Assembly (NCBI GenBank): GCA_963528875.1
Contig: CAURWT010000003.1
Span: 118,939-150,938 of the forward strand
Length of the DNA stretch: 32,000 nt
Direction: 5' to 3'
Origin: an uncultured Candidatus Saccharimonas sp.
Lineage (GTDB): Bacteria; Patescibacteriota; Saccharimonadia; Saccharimonadales; Saccharimonadaceae
This document shows positions 24,419 to 32,000 of the stretch, piece by piece (within the stretch, counting starts at the first letter, position 1; every line of letters begins with the position of its first letter). The position numbers and the translations under genes are program-made. Under the pieces are notes generated by a model. It did no database searches, had not been told where the DNA came from, and saw only the letters and a program-made list of their open reading frames with translations.

Positions 24419-24446
24419 AAATCGCCTTTGGGCGGTTTTATTTTTA
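24419..24446 (+). terminator. terminator directly after rpsJ
   Basis: AAATCGCC TTTG GGCGGTTT followed by TATTTTT. Confidence 0.65.
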
Positions 24447-24474
24447 GCAAAAATATGGTATAATCATAAGCAAT

Positions 24475-24774
24475 ATGAGCAAAAATAGCAAACAGAGAAC
24501 TTATGCGCGAAATCGCACAAAATTAAGCCGTCGTGGTTTCGAAAAAAATCCCGAAAGTGATTCAGTTTTTTTGGTGAAACTTATTTTGTGCGCCCTATTT
24601 GCTTTAGTCTGGTTAAAAACCAAAACAAATATAAGTATTCCAATTGGGGTTTTCGGTTCTTTTTTACTAATTTATTTTTTCGAAAACCGTCAAGAAAATC
24701 GGCGAGTATTTTATGCAATTTCTCTAATTTGCGGGATGATAAGTTTCTTTTTACCAATTGGTTTTTTGATTTGA
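24475..24774 (+). CDS. small membrane protein (3 predicted TM), basic N-terminus
   Basis: TATAAT 24459-64 lies 10 nt before the ATG, with no SD. Hydrophobic helices; ends in TGA. Confidence 0.5.
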   Translation: MSKNSKQRTYARNRTKLSRRGFEKNPESDSVFLVKLILCALFALVWLKTKTNISIPIGVFGSFLLIYFFENRQENRRVFYAISLICGMISFFLPIGFLI

Positions 24775-24831
24775 CTTTTTTGAAATAAAGTTATATAATG
24801 TATAAATCACAATATTGGAGGTGCGTACATT

Positions 24832-25293
24832 ATGAAAATAATTGTAATTTTAATTGCAACACTGATCATGCTTATAAGAACGGTCGGTAAAGAAAGAATA
24901 AATCGAAAAATGATGATTTTTCTTTCTTCGGTTATTGTTTTAAGCTCAATTTTAATGATAGTTGGTCAGCTAACAAATCAAGAAATTATTTTATTCTCTT
25001 TTCTTGAGATTTCTTCCTATGAAGATAATTTTATTTTTATAGCTTCAAAATTTGCTTTCGAAATTATTTTGAGTATAATAATTCTAGCTAAAGTAGAAGG
25101 AGAGGCAAAATTCAAACAAGATTGTCTCATTTTTTTGTCAGCTATGATTGTAACTCAAACACTTATAGATTACCCAATGGTTATCTCACAATTAGTGGAA
25201 TATAATTTATTTTGGGAAGTACTTTTCACTTTTCTGTATCTCTTTATAGCGAGTTTAGCCTGCAGAGAACAGAAACGCATAACAGAAAAATAA
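24832..25293 (+). CDS. multi-pass membrane protein, unknown function
   Basis: SD GGAGGTG upstream; 153 aa with 4-5 hydrophobic segments. Confidence 0.6.
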   Translation: MKIIVILIATLIMLIRTVGKERINRKMMIFLSSVIVLSSILMIVGQLTNQEIILFSFLEISSYEDNFIFIASKFAFEIILSIIILAKVEGEAKFKQDCLIFLSAMIVTQTLIDYPMVISQLVEYNLFWEVLFTFLYLFIASLACREQKRITEK

Positions 25294-25320
25294 ACCGTTT
25301 CGAAAGAAGCGGTTTTTTGT
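25292..25320 (+). terminator. terminator (GAAA tetraloop)
   Basis: AAACCGTTTC GAAA GAAGCGGTTT, with the T run continuing as TTTTTT. Confidence 0.65.
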
Positions 25321-25332
25321 TGTAAATATTAC

Positions 25333-25348
25333 ACGCTAAATATAGCGT
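25333..25348. promoter_or_regulatory. NrdR-box-like 16-bp palindrome upstream of nrdD
   Basis: ACGCTAAATATAGCGT matches the remembered NrdR-box consensus acaCwAtATaTwGtgt at about 13 of 16 positions. It lies ~110 nt upstream of nrdD. It could also act as a weak hairpin followed by T7. Confidence 0.35.
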
Positions 25349-25458
25349 TTTTTTATTGATTTTTATAAACAAAAGCACTATAATTAAATAGTCGAGCAGA
25401 AGAACTTTAAAAATTTAAAAATACTTACGAAATATTATAGAAAAACGGGGTGAATAAA

Positions 25459-27705
25459 ATGGGAAAACAACTTGAACTGCTTAGCAGGGAACAACTAAAA
25501 TCTTTAGAGCTCGAAGGAGTAAAGATTTCTTTCGAGGGTGTTGAAGTGATGAAGCGCGATGGTCGCAAGGTTTTACTTGATGTAGAACGCATTTTTAACG
25601 CGATCGAAAAAGCTTTTCGATCAACATTCTCTGAAGGTGAAGGCCCAGCTAATCCAATTATGGAATCGCTGAAAATTGGCAATTTCGTACTTGATGAGTT
25701 AAAAGAAAGTGTGAAGAACGGTAAAAAAGTTTTTACCGTGGAAGAGATTCAGGATTTGGTTGAGCGAAAACTTTATGATTATGACATTGCAACTTATCAT
25801 AATTTTCACAATTATCGAGAAGAACGAGCACGTGAACGCGAATATGCGCAATCGATTGATAAGACGATTAGTTGGTTGATTTCGAAAAAGCCTTCAACGG
25901 TGAACGAAAATGCAAACAAAGATAGCGGGGTTTTTGCAACGATACGTGATTTGACAGCTGGGGTTACAGGTAGGGCAATTGGGTTAAGAAATCTTCCATT
26001 GCACGTTTCGAACGCTCATCAAAAGGGTGAGATCCACTTTCATGATCTTGACTATAGCCCTTTTGAACCAATGACTAATTGCTGTTTGATTGATTTTAAA
26101 GGAATGCTTAAGGATGGCTTTCGAATGGGTAATGCTGATATTGAGAGCCCGAAATCAATTCAAACGGCGGCGGCTCAAATTGCACAAATTATTGCGAATG
26201 TAGCATCAAACCAATATGGCGGCTGTTCGGCTGACCGTATTGACGAGCTTCTCGCGCCTTATGCAAAAAAGAATTTCGAAAAACATCTTAAAGATGCTGA
26301 AGAGTGGATTGAAGACAGTAACAAATGGGAAGAGTATGCTTGGAAAAGAACACGTAAAGACATCTACGATGCTATACAATCTCTTGAGTATGAAGTCAAC
26401 ACGCTTTTTACTTCAAACGGTCAAACGCCGTTTGTGACTTTCGGTTTTGGGCTCGGTCAAACTGAGCTCGAACGCGAAATTCAAAAAGCCATCTTAACCA
26501 TTCGTATTAAAGGTTTGGGTGCATCGCACCGAACAGCGATTTTTCCAAAGCTGGTATTTACACTTAAACGTGGCGTAAATCTTTATCGTGAAGATCCAAA
26601 CTATGATATTAAGCAGCTCGCATTGGAATGCGCAACAAAACGAATGTATCCAGATATTCTATCTTATGATAAGATTGTGGAGCTTACGGGTTCGTTTAAG
26701 GTTCCAATGGGTTGTCGTTCTTTCCTCCAAGGTTGGAAAGATGAGAATGGTGAAGAAGTAAATTCTGGCCGAATGAATTTGGGTGTAGTTACTCTAAACT
26801 TGCCGCGAATTGCAATTGAATCCGACGGTAATTTCGAAAAATTCTGGCGGATTTTTGATGAACGTGCTCAAATCGTAAAAGACGCGCTGGTTTATCGTGT
26901 TGAACGGACTAAGGAAGCAACACCAGCGAATGCGCCAATTTTGTATCAATATGGTGCTTTTGGTAAGCGTTTGAATCCTACCGATTCAGTTGATGAAGTT
27001 TTTAAAAATCGAAGAGCGACAGTTTCGTTTGGCTATATTGGGCTTTACGAAGTTGGTAAAGTTTTTTATGGCTCTAAATGGGAAAATAATCCAGAGGCTA
27101 AAGAATTTACAATTTCTATCATTCAAAAAATGAAAGAACTTTGCGAGAAATGGAGTGATGAGTTTGGGTATCATTTTAGTGTTTATTCGACACCAAGTGA
27201 AAGTTTGACTGACCGCTTCTGTCGCTTGGATACAGAGAAGTTTGGCTCTATTCCTGATATCACAGATAAGGGTTATTACACGAACTCTTTCCATTACGAT
27301 GTTAGGAAAAATCCAACGCCTTTCGAAAAACTGGATTTTGAAAAAGATTACGTTAAGGCTGGCGCAACTGGTGGGTTTATCCATTATTGTGAATATCCAG
27401 TTTTGCAACAAAATCCGAAAGCGCTTGAAACTGTTTGGGATTATGCATATGAACGTGTCGGATATCTAGGAACCAATACTCCGATTGATCGTTGCTACAA
27501 GTGTGACTTTGAAGGAGATTTTGAACCAACTGAAAGAGGCTTTAAGTGTCCAAACTGTGGCAATAGCGACCCTAAAACTTGTGATGTTGTAAAAAGAACC
27601 TGTGGTTACCTAGGTAACCCACAGGCCCGTCCAATGGTTAAAGGTCGCCATAAGGAAATCTCTGCGCGTGTCAAACATATGAGCGGCTCGACTTTAATTC
27701 AATAA
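25459..27705 (+). CDS. nrdD: anaerobic ribonucleoside-triphosphate reductase (class III)
   Basis: N-terminal ATP-cone-like region, C-terminal Zn ribbon CYKC...CPNCG and glycyl-radical motif RTCGYLG. ATG 25459 is preferred over GTG 25450. Confidence 0.93.
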   Translation: MGKQLELLSREQLKSLELEGVKISFEGVEVMKRDGRKVLLDVERIFNAIEKAFRSTFSEGEGPANPIMESLKIGNFVLDELKESVKNGKKVFTVEEIQDLVERKLYDYDIATYHNFHNYREERAREREYAQSIDKTISWLISKKPSTVNENANKDSGVFATIRDLTAGVTGRAIGLRNLPLHVSNAHQKGEIHFHDLDYSPFEPMTNCCLIDFKGMLKDGFRMGNADIESPKSIQTAAAQIAQIIANVASNQYGGCSADRIDELLAPYAKKNFEKHLKDAEEWIEDSNKWEEYAWKRTRKDIYDAIQSLEYEVNTLFTSNGQTPFVTFGFGLGQTELEREIQKAILTIRIKGLGASHRTAIFPKLVFTLKRGVNLYREDPNYDIKQLALECATKRMYPDILSYDKIVELTGSFKVPMGCRSFLQGWKDENGEEVNSGRMNLGVVTLNLPRIAIESDGNFEKFWRIFDERAQIVKDALVYRVERTKEATPANAPILYQYGAFGKRLNPTDSVDEVFKNRRATVSFGYIGLYEVGKVFYGSKWENNPEAKEFTISIIQKMKELCEKWSDEFGYHFSVYSTPSESLTDRFCRLDTEKFGSIPDITDKGYYTNSFHYDVRKNPTPFEKLDFEKDYVKAGATGGFIHYCEYPVLQQNPKALETVWDYAYERVGYLGTNTPIDRCYKCDFEGDFEPTERGFKCPNCGNSDPKTCDVVKRTCGYLGNPQARPMVKGRHKEISARVKHMSGSTLIQ

Positions 27706-27731
27706 ATTTAAAAAAGTAAGTATTTTATTTT

Positions 27732-27758
27732 AGCGTCAGCAAAAAGCTGGCGTTTTTT
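27732..27758 (+). terminator. terminator after nrdD
   Basis: GCGTCAGC AAAAA GCTGGCGT followed by TTTTTT. Confidence 0.65.
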
Positions 27759-27762
27759 AAAT

Positions 27763-27790
27763 AAAAAAGCCTCAATTTTGAGGCCTTGAA
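27763..27790 (-). terminator. terminator of the coiled-coil gene
   Basis: The minus strand reads GCCTCA AAAT TGAGGC followed by TTTTTT. Confidence 0.6.
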
Positions 27791-27797
27791 CCAAAAG

Positions 27798-29111
27798 TTA
27801 GGTTGATGTAAGTTGATGTTTGCGGTATCTTTCAAGAATTTGGCTTTTAATCAAAATATGATTTTCAAGCCCTTTTCGAACGAGAATAATTTTAGGTTCT
27901 TGATATTCATTTATCCCATCTGTTATTGTATGACCTATTCCATCTAAATATAGAACTATATAATCAAATTTTTTACCCTCAATTGCTGATTTTAGAGTGT
28001 CTTTAGTCTTTGAGGTTTTATCGGCTTTGGTGAAAAAATCTGATTTTCCGCCAAAACTATTCAAAAGACTTTTTTGTGTTTGAGATAAATTTTTGTAGCT
28101 CCCATTTTGTACAAACAAAATATTTAAACTTTTCATGATTTTTAAATCTTCATCAGAAAAGTTTGGATCTGATTCATGAACTTCTTCTTCGATGTCTTTT
28201 TGCTGAACCAGTGCCTGTAGATTATTGAGTCTATCATTAAAATCTGAAAGGCGACTGTTGATAATTTCGGTTAAACCAGAAATTTTCCCAGAATCTTGCT
28301 TTCGTTCTTTTTCGAGTAAGTCTTTTGCAGCTTCTATTGCTAAGAATCTAGCATCTTCTTGCACGACTGAAACAAAAGTCTCAATAAGTTTTTCAGGATC
28401 TTTAAAGCTATCAATTTCTTCTTTGAGAGATTCAATGGTTTTATCCTTATTTTCAATTCTCGAATTAAGTTCTTGAATTTCCGCTTTTGCTTCTGTAAGA
28501 AGTTTATCGGATTTCTTGCTTTCTTCCAGCTCTTCTTTTAAAGAATCGTATTTTGATTGTAGCTCCGAGAAATCTTTATTCTTGAGCTTTTCTTCGAGTT
28601 CCTTTTTTTGAGCTTTTAGGGATTTATTATTAAGATCAAGCTTGTTTTTTTCTCTTTTAAGCTCTGAGATTTCTTCATCTTTTGAATCTAAAGTATTATG
28701 GTAGTTTTTCTCAAGCTCTTCAATTTGATTTTCGAATCTTGATTTTAGTTCTTCAATTTTACCTTCCAGCTCTTTAATTTGTGTATCTTTATCTACAATA
28801 TTCTTTTGCAACTTTTTAATAAGCTTGTTGTTATTTGGCTTATTATTGCTCGAATCACTAGTTTTTGGTTTTTTAAGTTCTGATTTTGGCTTCTTACGAG
28901 TTTTGTTAATTTTTGCATTGAATAGTACTAATGCTACTTTTATTCTTGATAAAGAATCTCCAGATATTGAGGTCCGGTTCTCCAGTGCTTTCCTCATTGC
29001 CTCAAGATCTTTTGGCAGAAATAGTTTTTTAAAATCTGGATATTTTTCCAATGATTCTAAAATAGACTCAAATTTTTTCAATTCGTCTTGAAATTCGCTC
29101 TTTTTAACCAT
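27798..29111 (-). CDS. coiled-coil protein with DUF2325-like C-terminal domain
   Basis: 437 aa with a long E/K-rich heptad region. The C-terminal ILFVQNG...FDYIVLYLDGIGHTITDGIN...PKIILVRKG resembles the DUF2325 pattern (VGG...aDxVvxxxdxxSH...kP). SD AAAGGAGG; extended -10 TGtTAGAAT upstream (plus 29202-07). Confidence 0.65.
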   Translation of the reverse strand: MVKKSEFQDELKKFESILESLEKYPDFKKLFLPKDLEAMRKALENRTSISGDSLSRIKVALVLFNAKINKTRKKPKSELKKPKTSDSSNNKPNNNKLIKKLQKNIVDKDTQIKELEGKIEELKSRFENQIEELEKNYHNTLDSKDEEISELKREKNKLDLNNKSLKAQKKELEEKLKNKDFSELQSKYDSLKEELEESKKSDKLLTEAKAEIQELNSRIENKDKTIESLKEEIDSFKDPEKLIETFVSVVQEDARFLAIEAAKDLLEKERKQDSGKISGLTEIINSRLSDFNDRLNNLQALVQQKDIEEEVHESDPNFSDEDLKIMKSLNILFVQNGSYKNLSQTQKSLLNSFGGKSDFFTKADKTSKTKDTLKSAIEGKKFDYIVLYLDGIGHTITDGINEYQEPKIILVRKGLENHILIKSQILERYRKHQLTST

Positions 29112-29251
29112 TTAAGAGCCTCCTTTAATAAAAAATTTCGAAAAATAACCCAAAAATAGTTCACCTAACTTTTTAAAAGAGCTATCATTCGATTGTGGTA
29201 AATTCTAACATATTTTAATACCTAAGTCAAGAAGGAGCTGCAAGCTAAGGC

Positions 29252-29280
29252 TTGAAGGAATGGTTTGAAAATGTTAAAAT
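29252..29280 (+). promoter_or_regulatory. promoter of gpmA (TTGAAG-N17-TAAAAT, TG-extended)
   Basis: TTGAAG 29252-57, TG 29272-73, TAAAAT 29275-80. Confidence 0.5.
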
Positions 29281-29315
29281 TAAAATAGATAAAATGAATT
29301 TTCGAAAGGAGAAAA

Positions 29316-30008
29316 ATGGCTAAATTAGTTTTTGCAAGACATGGTGAAAGTGAGTGGAATAAAGCAAACCTTTTTACCGGTTGGGCTGATGTTGATTTGA
29401 GTGAAAAAGGTGTTCAACAAGCAATTGATGCTGGAAAATTAATTAAAGAGGCAGGAATTGAGTTTGATGTGGCTTTTACATCAGTTCTAAAACGTGCAAT
29501 TAAAACAACGAATTTGGCTTTGGAATTTTCTAATCAACTTTGGGTTCCAGTTCAAAAATCTTGGCGTTTGAATGAGCGGCACTATGGCGGCTTAACGGGT
29601 AAAAATAAGACTGAGGCGGCTGAAAAATTTGGCGAAGAGCAAGTTCATATTTGGCGTCGTTCTTATGATACGCTCCCACCAGAAATGCCACGAGATGATG
29701 AATATTCTGCACACAATGATCGCCGTTATGCTTTGCTTGATGATTCGGTTGTGCCAGATGCTGAAAACTTGAAAGTTACTCTAGAACGTGCTTTACCGTT
29801 TTGGGAAGATCAAATTGCGCCAGCTCTGAAAAGCGGAAAGAATGTATTTGTTGGTGCTCATGGAAACTCAATTCGTGCGCTCGTCAAACATATCAAAGGC
29901 TTGAGCGATGATGAAATTATGGGAGTCGAAATTCCAAACTTTCCGCCACTCGTTTTTGAGTTTGATGAGAACCTTAATATTCTGAATGAATATTCGCTTG
30001 GTGAATAA
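29316..30008 (+). CDS. gpmA: 2,3-bisphosphoglycerate-dependent phosphoglycerate mutase
   Basis: [29 protein letters not shown] (RHGE catalytic motif), [17 protein letters not shown]; 230 aa. Confidence 0.93.
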   Translation: MAKLVFARHGESEWNKANLFTGWADVDLSEKGVQQAIDAGKLIKEAGIEFDVAFTSVLKRAIKTTNLALEFSNQLWVPVQKSWRLNERHYGGLTGKNKTEAAEKFGEEQVHIWRRSYDTLPPEMPRDDEYSAHNDRRYALLDDSVVPDAENLKVTLERALPFWEDQIAPALKSGKNVFVGAHGNSIRALVKHIKGLSDDEIMGVEIPNFPPLVFEFDENLNILNEYSLGE

Positions 30009-30024
30009 CTTTCGAGAAAGTAAA

Positions 30025-30053
30025 ATAGAGCGTTAAGTCGCTCTATTTATTTT
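30025..30053. terminator. bidirectional hairpin between convergent gpmA and queA
   Basis: ATAGAGCG TTAAGT CGCTCTAT 8-bp stem. The T-rich 3' side overlaps the queA stop codon (30043-45). Confidence 0.55.
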
Positions 30054-31176
30054 GGTAGATGATCATTGAATCGCCATATGATAGAAATTTATATTCACCA
30101 TTTTGAATTGCGTGATTGTAGGCATTTTTAAGATTTTCCCAGCTGGCAAAAGCACTTGCAAGCATTAAAACTGTTGATTTTGGCGCGTGGAAATTCGTGA
30201 TTAAACCTTGAATTGTTTTAAACTCATATCCTGGAAAAATAAAAATATCTGCTTCACCGGATAAATCACCATTTTGAGATTTCGAAATCTTGCTTAAATC
30301 TTCACGATTGCCAGAATTTCCATTTAGGTTTTTTTCGAAAATTGCATTATGGGCATATTCGAGTGTTCTAGCGACTGTTGTGCCGAGTGCGAATACTCTA
30401 CCGCCATTTTGTGCGGTTTTTTGAATTTTTGCAACAGTTTTTACTGGAATTTCAAAGTATTCCTGATGCATTCGGTGTTCTTCAATTTTTTCAACCCGAA
30501 TTGGCATAAAAGTTCCAAGCCCAACATGAAGTGTTAAGTATGCAATTTCTACGCCTTTTTCTCTTAATGAGTTCAAAATTTCATCAGTCATATTTAGGCT
30601 GGCGGTTGGTGCTGCAACCGATCCTTTTTCTTCCGCAAAAACAGTTTGATAGCGCTCGATATCAAGTGGTGTAGCGTTTCTTCTCATATATGGCGGAAGA
30701 GGAACTGTACCAAAGTTTTCGCAAAGATCACGAAGATCAATTTTTGAGCTCACAATCGCGAGTCCGTCGCCAAGAATTTCTTCAACTTTAATTTCTGCTT
30801 TTTCGAAATTATTTTTGGCGAGATCTTTTAATGAAGAATCTTTTACAAAAAGCTTGTCACCAGATTTGATTTTTCCACGATACATAACTTTATGTTTGTG
30901 CCAATCGCTATCAAAACTGTGTCGCTCTAAAACAACTAATTCGCGCTCAGCTCCACTCTCTTTTGTGGCGAAAAGCCGTGCTTTAATAACTTTCGTATCA
31001 TTCAAGATGAGCAAATCGCCACTCTCAAAGAAATCCACAATATTTTTATAAAAGCTATCAGTAATTTTACCACTTTTTCGATCTAAAGCTAGTAATCTCG
31101 AACTGCCACGAACTTTTGGCGGATGTGCTGCGATTTTATTTTCAGGTAATTTATAAGTGTAATCTTTTAGTTCCAT
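30043..31176 (-). CDS. queA: S-adenosylmethionine:tRNA ribosyltransferase-isomerase
   Basis: YKLPENKIAAHPPKVRGSSRLL, LPPYM, VAAPTASLNMT, TNFHAPKSTVLMLASAF, FLSYGDSMII are canonical QueA blocks; 377 aa. Confidence 0.92.
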   Translation of the reverse strand: MELKDYTYKLPENKIAAHPPKVRGSSRLLALDRKSGKITDSFYKNIVDFFESGDLLILNDTKVIKARLFATKESGAERELVVLERHSFDSDWHKHKVMYRGKIKSGDKLFVKDSSLKDLAKNNFEKAEIKVEEILGDGLAIVSSKIDLRDLCENFGTVPLPPYMRRNATPLDIERYQTVFAEEKGSVAAPTASLNMTDEILNSLREKGVEIAYLTLHVGLGTFMPIRVEKIEEHRMHQEYFEIPVKTVAKIQKTAQNGGRVFALGTTVARTLEYAHNAIFEKNLNGNSGNREDLSKISKSQNGDLSGEADIFIFPGYEFKTIQGLITNFHAPKSTVLMLASAFASWENLKNAYNHAIQNGEYKFLSYGDSMIIYQNK

Positions 31177-31254
31177 TTTTATATTTTATCACTTTTCGAA
31201 ATAGCTTTCAATAAAAGAGATAGATTGTGATTTTTATAAAATTACTAAAAACTA

Positions 31255-31283
31255 TTGACAAATATATAAAAATATGATAAACT
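31255..31283 (+). promoter_or_regulatory. promoter TTGACA-N17-TAAACT (TG-extended)
   Basis: TTGACA 31255-60, TG 31275-76, TAAACT 31278-83. Confidence 0.5.
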
Positions 31284-31319
31284 ACTACTCAGTTGATAGA
31301 TAGCTTAAAACTAAATAGT

Positions 31320-31410
31320 AAGGCTTCTATCAAGAACATTAAAAGTTGAAGAATGAGTTTTGGTTACTCATATTTTTCCTTTTTGTGGTCTTGATGGAAG
31401 CCTTTTTGTT
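31320..31410 (+). ncRNA. structured leader / candidate small RNA ending in a terminator-like helix
   Basis: 16-bp helix AAGGCTTCTATCAAGA (31320-35) / TCTTGATGGAAGCCTT (31389-404, one G-U pair) enclosing hairpin ATGAGT/ACTCAT (31353-71), followed by TTTTTGTT. It lies ~30 nt downstream of the predicted TSS and 50 nt upstream of ATG 31460. Confidence 0.4.
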
Positions 31411-31459
31411 GCATAATGTCTAAAAGGCAAAAATAAAAATTCCTAAGGAGGAAAAAAAT

Positions 31460-32000
31460 ATGAAGAAAACTAATAAATGGACCAAACTTGGTATTTCGTT
31501 ACTCTCTGTCGCTATTCTCGGTGTTACTGTTCCAGCTTTAACTGATACACCTATTTTTGGTGCTACTATTGTAAAAGCAGAAGAGATGGGAACACTACAG
31601 CCATTGAAATACCGTATTAGGTATCATATTGGAGGGGGGCAAGAAATTGCACCGCCTAAAACTGGGGTTATAAACCCTGGTGAAAGCATCAATATTTATA
31701 AAGATATTGATGGATATGAAATAGTCACCCATCCTGATTGGATGCCGGGCTATCTCATGACGCATGAGATAGCTAACACGTATTTCTATGGTGCATCAGA
31801 CGGGTACGTTGAGATGTACCTAAAATACAAGAAGAAAGAAACTCCAGCGCCAACGCCAGATCCAAATCCAGCGCCAACGCCAGATCCAACTCCAGCGCCA
31901 ACGCCAGATCCAACTCCAGCGCCAACGCCAACTCCGACTCCGGAACCAGCGCCAACGCCAACTCCGACTCCGGAACCAGCGCCAACGCCAACTCCGACTC
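31460..32000 (+). CDS. secreted/surface protein: signal peptide, MucBP-like beta domain, Pro/Thr-rich repeats (3' end outside window)
   Basis: Not in the ORF track because no stop lies in the window. SD AAGGAGG 31445-51. MKKTNKWTKLGISLLSVAILGVTVPALT... then YRIRYHIGGGQEIAPPKTGVINPGESINIYKDIDGYEIV and APTPDPTP / APTPTPTPEP repeats. Confidence 0.75.
   Translation, partial: MKKTNKWTKLGISLLSVAILGVTVPALTDTPIFGATIVKAEEMGTLQPLKYRIRYHIGGGQEIAPPKTGVINPGESINIYKDIDGYEIVTHPDWMPGYLMTHEIANTYFYGASDGYVEMYLKYKKKETPAPTPDPNPAPTPDPTPAPTPDPTPAPTPTPTPEPAPTPTPTPEPAPTPTPT
31843..32000 (+). repeat. in-frame tandem repeats encoding a PT-rich linker
   Basis: 24-nt unit CCAGCGCCAACGCCAGATCCAACT (about 3 copies, one with AAT) followed by 30-nt unit CCAGCGCCAACGCCAACTCCGACTCCGGAA (2+ copies). 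GC is far above the local background. Confidence 0.9.

Noticed and set aside
25376-25395. A second NrdR box (ACTATAATTAAATAGT) overlapping the nrdD -10.
   Set aside because: The palindromic arms are spaced wrongly for the 16-bp NrdR consensus (the C...G cores are 12 rather than 8 nt apart). It is more likely just the AT-rich -10 region.
31773-31991. 72-aa minus-strand ORF (ALALVPESELALALELDLALA...).
   Set aside because: It is the antisense reading of the in-frame PT-repeat array of the plus-strand surface-protein gene.
1-32000. CRISPR arrays, rRNA genes, IS elements, integrases or prophage structural genes.
   Set aside because: I saw no regularly spaced direct repeats, no rRNA-like conserved stretches and no transposase or integrase motifs in any listed ORF. 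The only tandem repeats are the coding PT repeats at the right edge.

Overview
AT-rich bacterial chromosome segment (roughly 37-40% GC by eye). It uses the standard genetic code: rpsM and one membrane-protein gene end in TGA, and no conserved gene carries an in-frame TGA. Gene content and compactness suggest a small-genome, Gram-positive-like or Patescibacteria/Saccharibacteria-like organism; this is inference only.

(1) 1-10.0 kb is a rearranged ribosomal super-operon. The order is a DsbA-like fragment, tuf, uppP, secY, a sortase, a HAD hydrolase, then infA-rpmJ-rpsM-rpsK-rpsD-rpoA-rplQ-rplM-rpsI.

(2) 10.0-23.5 kb is an accessory, defence-type region. It holds a complete Type I R-M system (hsdR-hsdS-hsdM), orphan small ORFs, and a Panacea/DUF4065 antitoxin with an overlapping unknown toxin candidate. 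It also holds a ~937-codon multidomain toxin- or polyvalent-like gene with an ART-superfamily-like C-terminal module. That gene is interrupted by a single in-frame TGA and runs out of frame into a decayed GH15 glycosidase remnant. Next come a small membrane protein and tRNA-Thr(GGU). The region ends with a convergent minus-strand three-cistron operon of unknown function; it has a perfect consensus promoter, a palindromic operator, an ATGA-coupled 43-codon ORF, another in-frame TGA and a poly(A) frameshift.

(3) 23.5-32 kb carries rpmG, an orphan monocistronic rpsJ, two membrane proteins, nrdD, a coiled-coil protein, gpmA, queA, a structured leader or sRNA, and the start of a PT-repeat surface protein.

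No rRNA, CRISPR array, integrase or transposase was recognised. The best candidates for something undescribed are the minus-strand operon (21.86-23.46 kb), the PanA-linked toxin (17.3-17.7 kb) and the large ART-like protein (18.0-20.8 kb). Window-wide enrichment of the palindrome TTCGAA, which drops out in the putative foreign segments, is also notable. All domain calls rest on motif recognition by eye and need profile or structure searches.
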